NCBI RefSeq assembly: GCF_000143415.4 | Contig: NW_003314319.1 | Coordinates: 400,365 to 464,364 of the forward strand | Source: Selaginella moellendorffii | Taxonomy: Eukaryota > Plantae > Lycopodiophyta | DNA length: 64,000 nucleotides | Direction of reading: 5' to 3' | Shown here: positions 1 to 13,225 of the stretch, one piece after another | How positions within the stretch are numbered: position 1 is the first letter of the stretch | Layout of the letters: each line of letters opens with the position of its first letter | Translations under genes and position numbers: made by a program | The notes under the pieces: generated by a model | The model's database searches: none | What the model saw: only the letters and a program-made list of their open reading frames with translations | Told to the model about the DNA's origin: nothing

Positions 1-1626
1 GTCATATAATATACTATAACCCATATTTGCTCCTTTTGCTTTGTGGTTGGTGGCAAACAAGTGGTAAAGTCTATAAAAATACTATACCAATGACTTTTAA
101 GAATAGGTAAAGGTTGCAAAAGTCCCCCTAACTTCTTCTATAGCACTTTTACTTGATGAGCATCATTAATTTCAGGAATATAAGATGGGTGATTTTCTTT
201 TTGTGCAAATGATATTTTCAACACTTTGGTGCCTTTATGGAATAGGAAGAGTGATAAATTTTTTCATTGATATACTAGTCCATAAGAAGTGTTTGTAGCA
301 TACGTGATCATGGGATAAGATTTAGATATACTATCACTATGGATCTTTGGAACCTTAGAGGATAAATAGGGATAAAAGAATCACTAAAGGCTCTCTTATT
401 ACGCAATTGCTCTTTTCTTAGTTGGCTTAAGGGGAGAGAGATAAAATGTGCTACATGTGATATTAGAGCAAATGGCACGAGTTTGATTCCCATTTATTAG
501 TGGCTACTTAAAAATATAATATGCCCTTGAGCAAAATATAATCCTACCCCTAAATTAAGATTGCAATATGGGTGTATGACTAGTTGCCTCACATGGAATA
601 GTTGCTCAATGCCTTCCTCAACAACTCTTAACAAATAGAATAATAAGCATGAAAACTCAAATAACTAAAAGCTCAAAAAAGTCTATAGCCAAGTCTCACC
701 TATATTCTTTTCTACACTTGTACCAACTTTCTAGAAAAATATACAACATTGAAATATAGACTATATTATAGTAGCAGAGTATGCAAGCACGTAGGCCCAC
801 ATGCATTCTCTTATATGAGATTACCTTTCAATCTTGGAAATGTAGATAAATTTGATTTTTTGATGTGATATCATTTTTGAGTCTTTTAAAAGATTTTGAT
901 TTCTATTATTATTATTCATAAATGACTCTTGAAAAATGCTAGTGGGGATTCATCCCAAAAATATACCTTGGTCTTCTCATATAGGGGGATTGCACTATAG
1001 GCAGGCAAGTAGAGTTTTTTTATATGAATTAATATATAAATTACTCTATAGAAAGCTCTATAGAGTAGATTTGTTAGTTTTTTTTTTGCTATATTCATTT
1101 TTTTATTTCTTTTATTTTAGACTGTTGTTTTGGAAGTAACATAAGCATTTTTTATCAAAAATGATAATGGTTTTTACATTCCTAGATAGGTAATAAGGGC
1201 TAGAAGTGTAATATGAGAATTATGATAGTGAAAGGAAATTAATATTCTCACATTTTGCCCTATAAATCTTAATTGCAAATTTTTTATTTTACTTTAGAAC
1301 TCTAGAATCAATGAATAGTATGTAAATATATATTGATCTTAATTCATATTTAGGTTTTTTTAATGAATGACAAGAAAATCAAAATATGATACTTGTAAAC
1401 ATAGTCTTTAGTAAGAAAATAGATAGGTTCTCATGAACTTTGTCTTTTCTAAATGACTCAATCTAGTAGAAACTTTTGACCTAAGTATTTATATATTTTA
1501 ATATTTTAAAGTTTGTCAGAACCTTAATTTTTTTAATATAAATATTCTTTGTAAGAGCTATAGTTGACTACATTGACTTACATTGACTTATGCTGAATTG
1601 AGCTCAACTCAACTTTAAACCATCCC

Positions 1627-1988
1627 TGTCAGGAATCCCCCAATTCATACCACATTCTTGAATCTCGCTGGATTCCTGACCTGCAGACCACATTTCTGAT
1701 TCTCAAGACACTTCCCTATTCGTAACTCTCTGATTTCTTGTACAATTCATGAATCTTTAGCCACATTCCTAATGATGATGTGGCACCTCCTTGACCTCAG
1801 CTATATTTAGGCCATCCTCGATCTAAGAGTGGTGGAGCTTCATTAACCTATAGTATATATAGGTTAGCTTTGTTCCATTTCTCCACAATCTAAATTAACG
1901 CCAGTCTAAGGCCTTTTTTTTGTTTTCACTAACTTTTCTCTTTGTCTTTTTGCATTTTCCAGTCTTGATCTTGTTGGGGGTCTTGACA
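1627..1988. mobile_element. Solo LTR (362 bp)
   Basis: Begins TGTCAGGAATCCCC and ends GGGGGTCTTGACA (TG..CA, imperfect terminal inverted repeat). A perfect 5-bp direct repeat ATCCC flanks it at 1622-1626 and 1989-1993. Confidence 0.8.
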
Positions 1989-4956
1989 ATCCCTACTTGA
2001 AACAGTAGAAGGGTCAACTGTAGCATGTGGATTCAATATTAAGTTGCCAGATCCACTCAAAAAGTGTTGCATAACTTTAGCAAACTTGTCAATCATAAAC
2101 ATGATAAAAAAGTTGCCTAGCTCAAAATCAATACTATAGTTGTGGCTCTACTGCATATTCTCCTCCTCAACCACCTAAAAGTCATTTCTTATATGATTAG
2201 CAAAAATGGCAATTCACACCTTTGGAATTTCCTAATTAACTTCCCTCTTATGGATAACTTTAGGATAGATTATTTCATGAATGCTTGAGTCACCTTGAGG
2301 CCATAGAGGTGCTTACCATACACCTACAAAAGTAACACATTGTAAGAAAAAAGTGGGAACCATATTCTCACTTGGATGTAGTGAAAGTAACCATTAATCC
2401 TAATTGCCTTTGCAAGTTTATTATTGCTTTCTCTAATTTAGATTGGAAAAAGCTCCTTTTGTGATGGGATTAAATGTTTTTTAAGATCACTATCCTTGAC
2501 TAAATCGTAGACGTCATTTACACTCAACATTGTTTCTCTCATTCTACCCTAACTCTTTGATAATGCATTCATAATAGTGGACTACCGGATTGGCTGTTAA
2601 GTGTCTTGGGCTTCCTTTGTAATTTCCAACACGTTTTTTAAACATTCGTAATGTAGTTGTGAAAACTATTAAGTCCTCATATCCAGTAAGATGGTCAATT
2701 ATAAAGAATTTTTTTTCAATCCTTATTTATACAAACAATTAATTGACATACCTACTGTTAGTGAAAACACTAATTGCATGTCTAGTTTCTTGCCACAAAA
2801 TAAAATTAAAACTAAAAACCAATTCTCAAAATACAAAGAACTCAATTTTGATTTGTCTTCCCTAGATCAATATGTCATCATGATCATGCTAAGATCAATT
2901 GCACATTAGACACCCTACCTACTTTGACAGAATAAAAAGAAAAAGAATCTCTTTCCTCTAGAGAGAAAAAAGAAAAGGGCATACTTTATCCTCCTTTCTT
3001 GAGATTCACCTAAGTGCAATTTAAGTTGTAATCTAGTGTCAAATGTGGCCATTTATAATATTACACCAAAACACTTAACTATAACAAAAATCATGAATGG
3101 TGAGTCTCACCATCAAAAACAGTAACTCAATTTAGCTAATGCTACTAATGCATCATGAAGATAAGGAATAGAAAACAACTTCTTTTTGTAGCTTTGAATA
3201 TATGTGGTGGAGAAATGTAATGCACATAATTTTCACTCTGTACTCTATGGTGATTTATCATAGGATAACCATGGAGTGAAACTTTAACTTATGGACATAT
3301 AAGCTAAAGGCAACAAAGTGGAACTTGAGTTTAATGCCTTGGGCCACTGAATGAAGAGGCAAAGCTAAACTCCCAAGTATATAGTTAAGGTGCAAAGTAA
3401 CTAAAGTACAAAATGACTCATAAATATTCAATGCAAGGAGCAAAGGAGTAGGAGCATAAAATGACTCCCAAATATATAGCCTAAAGAGTAAGGAACATGA
3501 GTATGGAAAAACCTTAGAGTAATCTTAAAGCTTTCAACATCTTAATGCCAAGACTAACACACAAAACGGAGCCAAATAGAGTTTAGTGTTATTTCAATAT
3601 ATTAGTAACGTAAAGCGTGTAAGGGGGTGTTGTGGGGGGTTTTAAATGTATAGGAGGGATAGCTTGTAAGTTAAACATGGCTTACCAACCTAAAGCATAG
3701 TTTAACTTCTACTTGCATATCTGTCCTTCCATAGATATACCAAACTAATAAATTTAGACACTTTTTATAAATAGCTAATGGGATCAAATAGAATCAATAC
3801 ATGAAGGAATGATAGCAAGTGTGTCTTGATGGACATAGTAAGTTATTAACCAATAAGTATTAAGGGATTAAGCTCAATATTGAGGGGGTTCCCAACACTA
3901 GCAAGTGTATACTAATAAATGAGTTTCTCTAACCAAATCAAGTATACTTGATTAATACCACTTAGTAATTTTGTCCTTATACTTTTTTGGCCAAATGCAC
4001 ATGCCAAGATTAATTTCTCAACTAACTTGGGTGGAGATTGAAAAAGGGTCTAATAATACTAACTTCTTACCATTATGACAAGGAAGAATATCTAAAAAGA
4101 CTTACCAATAAGTAATTTTTGATACCCACAATCACATTCATGACAAAGAAAAACATAGTCACATTCATGACAAAGAAGAAAAATAGATTGAACTCTAAAA
4201 TGTAAAAAAACCCAAAATTTATTTTTGAGAGAAGCTTCTTAAATACATTTGAAGTTTCCCGACGAGTAAGTCTTTCTTAATGAGAAAGACAAAATCAAAA
4301 TTTTCCATTAGGAAATATAAAATAAATATTTCCTTTCAGGAAGACATTTTTCTTGCTAAGATTTTGTCCCCTTGGAATATTCATCTCCCATCAGTAAATT
4401 CATCTAGATGGAAAATATGTATCTATCAAATGTTTTCTAAAACTTTGTGAATGTAAATATTTCATGTTTTTGAATTACTCTTTCAATTGTTATTAGCATT
4501 TAGGTGGGAGATCACCGTATCCATTAGGTATTCACATGTGGGATGACCATCTGGTATACAATTATGCATAATAAATCTTATTTATTTGTTCCTTAATGAT
4601 TGGCTATTCATACTTAGTATTACATATGTCCTACCATAGCCCATGCCACTCAAAGCAGCTCCAGCATAGGAATTTTGCAATTTAAAGTTCAAAAATGTAA
4701 AGATAAAGAGAAAATTATATTTTCCCTAAAGAATTCCAAGAAAGAATATTCAATTTGAAAGGTAAAACGTAATTTTCCCAAATATATAAATGGGTTACTT
4801 AGTGTGGGGAATCGTTCGAGTATATAAACCCTCGCCGTGGAAGAGAGCATCTTCAACTTCTCCACGACTTCGGCGTGCGGGCATAGAAGGGATATAGATG
4901 CGCCGATGGGTTGCTCCTCTAGAAATAGATAAGAGATGCGATAGATCGGATAGATT

Positions 4957-7900
4957 ATGAGGAGCTCTACAGGATTCTTCTATCTCCCGGGCAGGCTCCT
5001 GGCTTTGATGCTATGGATTCACGCTGCGGTAAGGCATATCCTCGAGAGATTGTCGTGGCCGCCGCGATTGAGGCAGCAGCGCGACGCGGAAATCTCCGGG
5101 AATTCCAGGAGGGAGAGCTTCTTGAAAGAGTTTGGGGGTTATTATGGCTACGCGGATGGCCCAGTTCCAATCGATCGTCTCCGGAGTACTGAATTTGCTC
5201 GTTTGAAAGGTATGAAACGTTTTTTCTTCTTTGCAATAACTCTTTACTTGAAAAACTTTCCCTTTGTTCTTCACAGGGACAATTTACTTGGACCATGCGG
5301 GCGCCACATTGTATTCCAGCAGTCAGCTCCAGGAGGCTCTCGCGGATTATAGCGGCCAGGTCTATGGAAATCCTCGTAAGTTCTAGCAGCTTGTTCGTAT
5401 TTTTTTTCTAACTTAGAGAAAACCATAGACAGTCAAAGTGATAGTAGCATGAGGAGTTCTCACACAATTGAATCTACCAGACAACAGGTGAGGTAAAATC
5501 TTGGCAGCAGTACTAACAACTTTCTGTTTCCTCTCTCAGGTTCTTGAGTATTTCCATGCTCCAGCCAGTGATTATGCTTGCGTTTTTACTTCCGGTGCTA
5601 CAGCTGCGCTGAAACTTGTTGGAGAGACGTTTCCATGGAGCTCTGGTGGCCATTTTTGCTATACTTTGGCAAATCACAACAGTGTGCTCGGAATACGAGA
5701 GTAAGCATTCTATTCGAGCACTTCCGCTTTGCTAATTCTTTTTCTTGCTAACAAAAGGTACGCTCTCGAAAAGGGAGCAACTGCAATCCCCGTGAGTATC
5801 AGTAACCAGGGAGAAGTTGTACTGGCGAGTGCAGGACTAAAGCGGAAAAATGTCTCTCTGCACGATGGTATGTCATTATTGATTTTGTAGTTCTTAGGCA
5901 ATTTTTGTTATGGTTGTAGATGACGAAGAGACATACAATCTTTTCGCAATGCCTACTGAGTGTAACTTTTCGGGCGCAAAATTTCCAATGGACCTGGTTG
6001 AGCGCATCAAAGATGGCCAACATATGAATGGGACCAGGTACCACCATCGTTTTGGTATTTCTTACAGGTCATCTTTAGCTTTGACAAATCATAGAGGGCG
6101 CTGGATGGTTCTACTTGATGCAGCAAAAAGCGCTGGAACTTCTCCACCTGATCTTTCTCGTTATCCTGCCGATTTTGTAGTTGTATCTTTCTATAAGGTA
6201 TTCTTCTTTCCTGTTGTCTGAAAGTTTCTAAAGCTTCCTCTAATAGATATTTGGATATCCTACCGGACTTGGTGCTCTTATTGTTCGACGTGGTAAGTAA
6301 ATGTCACTTCGTTGCTGTGTCTGAAATCAGAATGTTTCCAGAAGCTGGCAAAGTCTTAAATCAGAAGTATTTTGGAGGAGGTAATCTACTCGCAAGCTTA
6401 AGCACTTTTCTGACTGTTTCATGGAACAGGCACTGTTGCGGTGTCTATAGCGGACATTGATTATGTGAAAAGACGAGAAAGTCTAGAGCAACGCATGGAA
6501 GATGGCACAATATCGTTTCTAAGCATCAGAGCTTTGCGTTACGGGTTTATGATGATCAACAGAATGGGAATCAGTTCTATTGCCAGGTAGACTGCTTATT
6601 TGTTTCCCAGCAGTCCTCTACACTTTTGTTTACCAGGCACACTTGGGCCTTAACACATTACACATCTCGTTCACTGCGTAATTTGAAGCATGGAAACGGT
6701 GCTCCCGTGTGTTTTATGTTTGGCAATCACGGAGTTTTTCAGGTAACCAGGCTGCACATGTAAATCTAACTGAGTACAGTTCAGACTTTTGCAGAAGAGT
6801 TTCGAATCCAAGGTCCGGTTATTACGTTCAATCTGAAACGTGCTGATGGCTCTTGGGTCGGTCATCGCGAAGTTGAGAAAGTTGCGTCTTTGTGCCGGAT
6901 TCATCTTCGAGTGAGTAAAAGAACCTTTTGTTTTTCAAATATTGATTGGTTGCCTTTGTTTCAGACTGGTTGCTTTTGTAATCCTGGAGCTTGTGCAAAG
7001 TATCTTGACCTTTCAAACAAGGACATGCAGGCCAACTTCGAGGTGATGAATCTTAACGTTTTCCAAGTTTATTTTAAAAAAATAAAATTTTCAGGCGGGG
7101 CATGTTTGCTGGGATGATCAGGATCTGATCTCCGGAAGACCAACAGGAGCTGTTCGCATTTCGTTTGGATATATGTCCACTTTCCAGGACTGTCAGGTAA
7201 CAAGTTGCGTGTTTCCAGCTTTCTTACTCTGTTCATCTGCAGGCTTTCCTCAAGTTCGTTCGAAAGTACTTTGTAGAAACTACTTACACACAGGAAGCCA
7301 AGAATTTAAGAAGTAAAGATACAATCCCGGCAGCGGTGCGTCTCAAGTCTATTACAGTGTATCCTATTAAGTCATGTGCTGGCTTTAGTGTTGAGACATG
7401 GCCTATCGTCGAGTCAGGTAAACATTTTAGAGTGGTGTACCATCAGTAACAGCACTTTCCAGGTCTACTTTATGACAGGGAGTGGATGATATGTGACACC
7501 GAGAATGCTCCCGTGACACAGAAAAAGGTTTGTCCATCTTCTTGAGAAACAATGCTTTTGCTAACAGTTTTCTGTTCCAGGCTCACAACATGTGCTTGAT
7601 TACTCCGTCTATCGATTTGGGATCGGGGAAACTCGTTGTCCGTGCTCCAAATGTTGATCATGCACTTGAAATACCGTTGGAGGAAAGATTACAGCACGAG
7701 GAACATGGAGAAGTTATTTTATGTGGACAAAGGTTACTCTGTGTTCTATGTTCTTTCTGGTTTTTGTTTTGCTCATTAGTTGCTGCAGGGCTAAATCGAT
7801 GTCATACGGGACAGACATCTCTGAGTGGTTCACGAAAGCATTAGGATTGCGGTGTAACTTGGTTCGAAAAGGTGTCGAGAATACCAGAGTATGCAGATGG

Positions 7901-8546
7901 AGAAATCCAGAACATTCGCCTGAAGGAGGTGATAAGTTAAGTTTCGCAAACGAAGGCCAGTTTTTACTCCTGTCGGAAGCCAGTGTGGAAGACCTCAATG
8001 CACGAATAGCTACCGGTAAAATTCTCTTCTCCGAAAACGAATAAACGAAACTCTTCTATTCAGGTGCCAAACATCGACTAGAGACAACACAGTTTCGGCC
8101 AAATCTCGTTGTTTCGGGTGGACCTGCTTACGAGGAAGATGAATGGCAGTCACTCTCAATTGGCGACGCGGAGTTTCCCGTAAGTTCCATTTCTTGGGAT
8201 GGTCACAAGATAGATAGTTCCAGTTCTAACGATGATCACAAGATACTCACAGGTCTTAGGTGGATGCAATCGCTGCCAGATGATCACAATCGACCAGAAA
8301 ACCGGTGCGAAAAATCCTAGTATGGAGCCTCTTGCAACTCTCGCATCTTACAGGCGGACAAAGGTAAGCTAACTTCAAGCTTTCTATTCGATAATTTCTT
8401 ACAGAGTTCTTCCATGGTTTGTTCGTTTGTTTCTTTTGTTCTTTCTCACGCAGGGAAAGATCTTGTTTGGAGTGCTCCTGGGCGCGGCAATCTCAGACAA
8501 GCGCGACCAGTTCCTGGCCGTCGGATCCCGCGTCATCGGACGGTAG
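4957..8546 (+). CDS. ABA3: Molybdenum cofactor sulfurase (NifS-like PLP domain + MOSC domains), multi-exon
   Basis: Exons encode [67 protein letters not shown] (PLP lysine), RTGCFCNPG (persulfide Cys), [18 protein letters not shown] and GGCNRCQMI. Stop TAG at 8544-8546. The exact start codon is uncertain. Confidence 0.95.
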
Positions 8547-8737
8547 GGCAGCCCATGTAAAAATCTCCAAATTTTTACAAAACTCTAAAAAGAATATGCT
8601 TAGGGCTTGAGGTGAGAACGAGGCTTCCCCCGCTAGGAGGAGGAATGGCGGCGGGCGCTGGCGGGATTTGGAGCGCGTGAGTGGCTGTGATCGATCGCGC
8701 GCCTCCGCCAGTGCATGCGGATCGCCGCGCATCGGCC

Positions 8738-10141
8738 ATGTCCGATCTGGACCGCCAGATTGAGCAGCTGAAGCGATGCGAGCCGCTCAAGGAGTCGGAG
8801 GTGAAGGCGCTGTGCCTCAAGGCCATGGAAATCCTGGTGGAGGAGAGCAATGTCCAGAGAGTAGACGCTCCAGTGACGGTGAGTGAAATAGTAGAACACT
8901 TAGCTCAAATTTTTTAGTGCTTATAGAGTGTGTGTTTGCGTTGTCTTGTGTAGATTTGTGGAGATATTCACGGCCAGTTCTACGACATGAAGGAGCTGTT
9001 TAGAGTAGGAGGCGACTGCCCACAGACGAATTATTTGTTCCTAGGCGATTTTGTTGATCGAGGATTTTACTCGGTGGAAACGTTTCTCTTGTTGTTAGCT
9101 TTAAAGGTATGTGAGACTTTTGTGGCGTTGTTTTACTGAGTTTTCGTGTAGGTTCGTTATCCCGACAGGATCACTCTTATAAGGGGAAACCATGAAAGCC
9201 GGCAGATCACGCAGGTACAAATTCCGAGTATGTCTTAGATCTTGCTGCAGTGATTTTTATCTTTCTCTTGTGTTTTATACTTTTTTTTTTCTTCTTCTCG
9301 TTCAGGTTTATGGTTTCTATGACGAATGCCTTCGAAAGTATGGATCCGTAAATGTATGGCGGTATTGCACAGACATATTTGACTACTTAAGGTGACAAGA
9401 AAGTCAAAAGGAGAAAAAGCAGCACTGATCGTTTGTTGTTTTGCAGTCTATCTGCGCTGATCGAGAACCGCATTTTTGGTGTGCACGGTGGCCTCTCTCC
9501 CGCAATCAACACGATTGACCAGGTAGCCAGCTGAAAAAAAATTTCGTAAAAAGAGCTCTTGAGGTTGAATTTACTCTCGTGTGTAGATCAGGACAATCGA
9601 CCGAAAGCAGGAAGTCCCGCACGACGGTGCAATGTGCGACCTCCTCTGGTCCGATCCCGAAGACATAATTGGGTGGGGAATCAGTCCGAGAGGCGCTGGT
9701 TTTTTATTCGGAGGGAACGTTGCGTCGGCGTTTAATCACGCCAACAAGACGGAGATCATCTGTCGGGCACACCAGCTGGTCATGGAAGGCTTCAAGTGGA
9801 TGTTTAACAAGCAGGTCGTGACGGTGTGGTCGGCTCCAAATTACTGCTACAGGTAGAGAATAATTTTCTTCTTCGAAGTTCTTATTCTCCTCTTTCTTTA
9901 CTTTTTTTCTTTTTTCGTTTTTGCATTCCAGATGCGGGAATGTGGCAGCGATCATGGAGCTGGACGAGAACTTGAACTCGAAGTTTCAAGTATTCGAGGC
10001 CGCTCCTCAGGTGAAGCTACTCTTTATAAACTTTTGCTTATCAGAGAGAGCATATCATGCTAACGAGGATCAAAGTTTTTGAATTGGCAGGAAGCCAGAG
10101 GAGTGCCATCGAAGAAGCCAGCGCCAGATTATTTCCTGTAA
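8738..10141 (+). CDS. PPX: Ser/Thr protein phosphatase 4 (PPX) catalytic subunit, multi-exon
   Basis: N-terminus [29 protein letters not shown] motifs GDIHGQ, GDFVDRG, RGNHE and [10 protein letters not shown], and C-terminal PAPDYFL*. Confidence 0.95.
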
Positions 10142-10960
10142 CAAAACGAGACCAACCATAGCCGGATCATCATCATCAAGAGCTACTATTCTTTTGTTCT
10201 TCTTGTCGTCGGGAAAACAGGTATCCGATGTGTAGCGTAGCGGAACGGGCTTGTGTACTATTATGACTTTTAACAGTTTGAGATGAGCTGTGCATTCTGT
10301 CCAGACGAAAGCTCCAAAGGCATGGCTGGATGGATTAAAATCTGAGCAAGCGAGAAAAAGCTTGAAAACCAAGTTGGTGGTAAGTGGCAGAAGTTTTTTT
10401 TCTTTTACACGCCGCGTCTTTCGTTTCTTCTCTTCTGCTTCCGAGCTTTTAGTTGGCATTGCCACGAGAACGATGGCGATGCTTCTTCGGTCACTTGAGA
10501 GTATAGAAGGTTCTTGGTGGAGAGGTGTAAGTACACACAGTCTTTTCACTTGTGTCTCTTGCTAGCTTCGTCGCGCAGCCTTAGTAAAATGAAAGTCGAG
10601 AATCTGACCAAAGGCGTCAATCCTGCAAAAGAAAGAATAGAATGTCCACTTTTAAGGAAAGACTGAGAAAGCCAGAAGCAAAGCAGCCATACCTTTTTAT
10701 GAAACTCTCAGTGTGTGTGTGTGTGTCGCAGCACAGAGATGGACTTTATGAATGGCCAGTAGTACCACCAAACTAAGAAAAAGAAAAATCCACAAGATAA
10801 GCAGCAGCAGCATTGGCAGCAGCAGCAGTCGCGATGAATGGATCGAGAAAAAAAAAAAACGAGAGCCTGCAGCGAAGTTATTCCTCGGCTAGAAAAGTTA
10901 AAAGGCAAACCGGGAGCGCCGAGCGAGCGAACGTGTCGTAGGAGAAAGAAAGTCTGGGAG

Positions 10961-12076
10961 TTACGGAGAGACGTAGTCGTTCTCCAGGACTGGTCTGGTG
11001 CGAGTGCCTCCGGCAGCGGGAGCTCGGCTCCCACCAATAAGTGCTGTTTGGAGGCTTTCGCTGTTGTCCGCGCAAAGCTCCATCTTTGCAATGCGAGCTC
11101 TCCTCCTCGTCCTCACCCCGGCGAAAACCAGCACGGCCGCCACCATCACCAGGCCGATACCCCCGACACCAATCCCCACCCCGAGCTTCCACGCCTTTGA
11201 CATCTTTCTCCTCGCGTTCCTCCCCGTTGGTGGCGGGACGATCGAAGCCACCGGAGCCGACGCTGGGCCTCGATCCGGAGCAAGAGCTTGGGCTTGTTCC
11301 GGAGATGGAGCTGGAGCTGGAGCTGGAGCTGGCGGCAAGGACGACGCTGCCACGGCCAGGGACGAGTCCACCAGCTGCGATAGAACGCAGGAGTTTGGCG
11401 GAGAGCTCACGTTGGCCACCCGGAACGTCCCCTCCTTGTCGAAAGATGCGCACAGCGGGGAGAGCTTGCCGCTGCTCCTGGCAAGAACTGGAACTCGGAC
11501 TGTGATAGCCGTCGGCCCCGAGAAAACGTTGAGCTCTTGAGGTGCCGGGTGGGAGAGATCGTTGCCTTCGTAGGCCTTGATCCCCACGACTGGGCCGACG
11601 AGCTGGAATCCATCGGGCATGGCCGCCGGATACGAGCTAAAGTCGCGGTAGACGAGCACCACGTACTTGCTCGTCGTCTCCACCAGGCATTGGACTGGGA
11701 TGGTGAACTCGTTGAAGACGAGGCCGTGGCGCCGCAAGCTCCCTGATCTGAGACGCACTGCCTGGATGCTGGCCACCACTCCAGAGGAGTTCCTCGATCC
11801 AGAAGCGTCGAGAGTTACGTTGTAGATGACCCCTGTCTTGGGCAGTGGAGCCAGCCTCTGGAAAGCGGAGGATTGAATGCCGAGATCCAGTTCCTGGATG
11901 ATCGTTGGCTGCTGCTGTGAATCCACTCCTCCCAGAATTCCCAGCAGCATTAAACACGCTAGAGAAAACGAGCTTCTCTTCTCCCAGGCCACTCTCTTTT
12001 TGTAGCGTTGATGAGATCCCATTGACTTTGCGCCTCTACTGCTTCCCTCTTTTTGTTCTTCTTCCTCTTTACGCAT
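10961..12076 (-). CDS. DUF1191-family single-pass membrane protein
   Basis: Intronless 371-aa ORF with a hydrophobic signal-like segment, RLRSGSLRRHG..FNEF.IP..VLVY motif, Pro/Ala-rich linker, TM helix and C-terminal SRAPAAGGTRTRPVLEN.Y, as in plant DUF1191 proteins. Confidence 0.85.
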   Translation of the reverse strand: MRKEEEEQKEGSSRGAKSMGSHQRYKKRVAWEKRSSFSLACLMLLGILGGVDSQQQPTIIQELDLGIQSSAFQRLAPLPKTGVIYNVTLDASGSRNSSGVVASIQAVRLRSGSLRRHGLVFNEFTIPVQCLVETTSKYVVLVYRDFSSYPAAMPDGFQLVGPVVGIKAYEGNDLSHPAPQELNVFSGPTAITVRVPVLARSSGKLSPLCASFDKEGTFRVANVSSPPNSCVLSQLVDSSLAVAASSLPPAPAPAPAPSPEQAQALAPDRGPASAPVASIVPPPTGRNARRKMSKAWKLGVGIGVGGIGLVMVAAVLVFAGVRTRRRARIAKMELCADNSESLQTALIGGSRAPAAGGTRTRPVLENDYVSP

Positions 12077-12678
12077 CTATATAGCTCCCCTTCTTCCCCC
12101 CTCTCTTCTCCAAGAAGGAAGACAAATATTTTCTTCTCTCTCGGAGCTCTTCCTCCTCTTTCTCGCGATGATCCGCAATGCTGGATGACTTGCTACTCTA
12201 GCCGAAGAAAGAATACCTCCATGCGCTGCGATTCGGTCGACGATCAGACTCAATTGCAATGCCGCCGAGAGAGAAATCCCCGCCGCGCAGGGAATCGATC
12301 GATCGAGCTGCTGCCTCTCCAAAATACTCGCTGGATCTCTCGCCACGGACGGATCCACGGAAAGCCGCACGAGTGGCGAGCGCAAAGCCCTAAGAAGAAC
12401 CCTTTGAATGAACTAGCGGCGATCTTTTTTTACCCCACGGGAAAAAGAAAAGAAAGTACCGGGTAAGTAAAAATGCCGAGTTACGAGGAATCGAGCCTAG
12501 AACCTTCTTTTTCTTCTTCTATCACATCATGGAAACAAGCAGAGAAGGCTGGATGGAGTGTATGTGATCATATCGAGAGAAAAAAAAGAGTCCAAAGAAG
12601 ATCTAGTTGCTTTACATTGTTAAATCTTTGCCTGAAAGCTTGGATCTTTTGATCGATCGAAGCTCTGGAGCTTGCAAT

Positions 12679-13062
12679 TCACGACGATCCAGGAGCTGTG
12701 ACGCTGCTGTGTTGAGCTTCCAAGAACTCGAGCTTTCTCTCCAGGGCGGTGAGCTTGTCATTGAGAATCGCGATCTTGTTTCGCGTGGTAGACTCTAAAC
12801 GAAGATGTTAGAGTCGATGATGGCTCACTGGAGCAAGATCTAAGAATGTAGGCTCAAGATTTCTCTAGGATCTCTAGTAATTCTTGCAGGAGATAAGAAT
12901 GTAGCTCCACTAACCGAATTGGAGGACGAATTCGAAGAGCTTGCGGACATTGAGCGCGAGCGCGCCCGTGAACTGGCGATTCTCCCAATCGGCCTGGACG
13001 GCCGCACCGAGATTGGCGCTCCCGCCTCCGCCAGCGCCTCCCCCTCGCATCGCCATCGCCAT
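12679..13062 (-). CDS. BRK1: BRICK1/HSPC300 subunit of the SCAR/WAVE complex (2 exons)
   Basis: Manual translation: MAMAMRGGGAGGGGSANLGAAVQADWENRQFTGALALNVRKLFEFVLQF|ESTTRNKIAILNDKLTALERKLEFLEAQHSSVTAPGSS*. The VQADWENR signature is present, with a GT..AG intron at about 12795-12914. Confidence 0.95.
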
Positions 13063-13070
13063 GGGCCCTT

Positions 13071-13079
13071 AAACCCTAA
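13071..13079 (+). promoter_or_regulatory. Telo-box (AAACCCTAA) in the divergent BRK1/SERAC1-like promoter
   Basis: Exact AAACCCTAA in the ~163-bp region between two divergent start codons. Confidence 0.45.
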
Positions 13080-13225
13080 GGAAAGGGCATAAAGAAGAAC
13101 CCTAGAAAACAGAGTGGATCTCCCACGTCGCATATTCGTCCATTTGCCGCGACAGCGCTAGGGCCAGGGACTAGGGCTTTTGGGGGAGAAGAAGAGGCCC
13201 CTCCTCCTTCTTCCAGGGCGGGGGG

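Noticed and set aside
1990-3600. Possible decayed retrotransposon gag/protease on the minus strand (also ~36470-37750)
   Set aside because: The composition suggests it, but no diagnostic motif could be read with confidence.
10070-11957. Long overlapping ORFs around the DUF1191 gene
   Set aside because: These are shadow frames of GC-rich coding sequence or UTR with no motifs. The same applies to the antisense ORFs over the SERAC1-like, serpin, RLP and pol genes.
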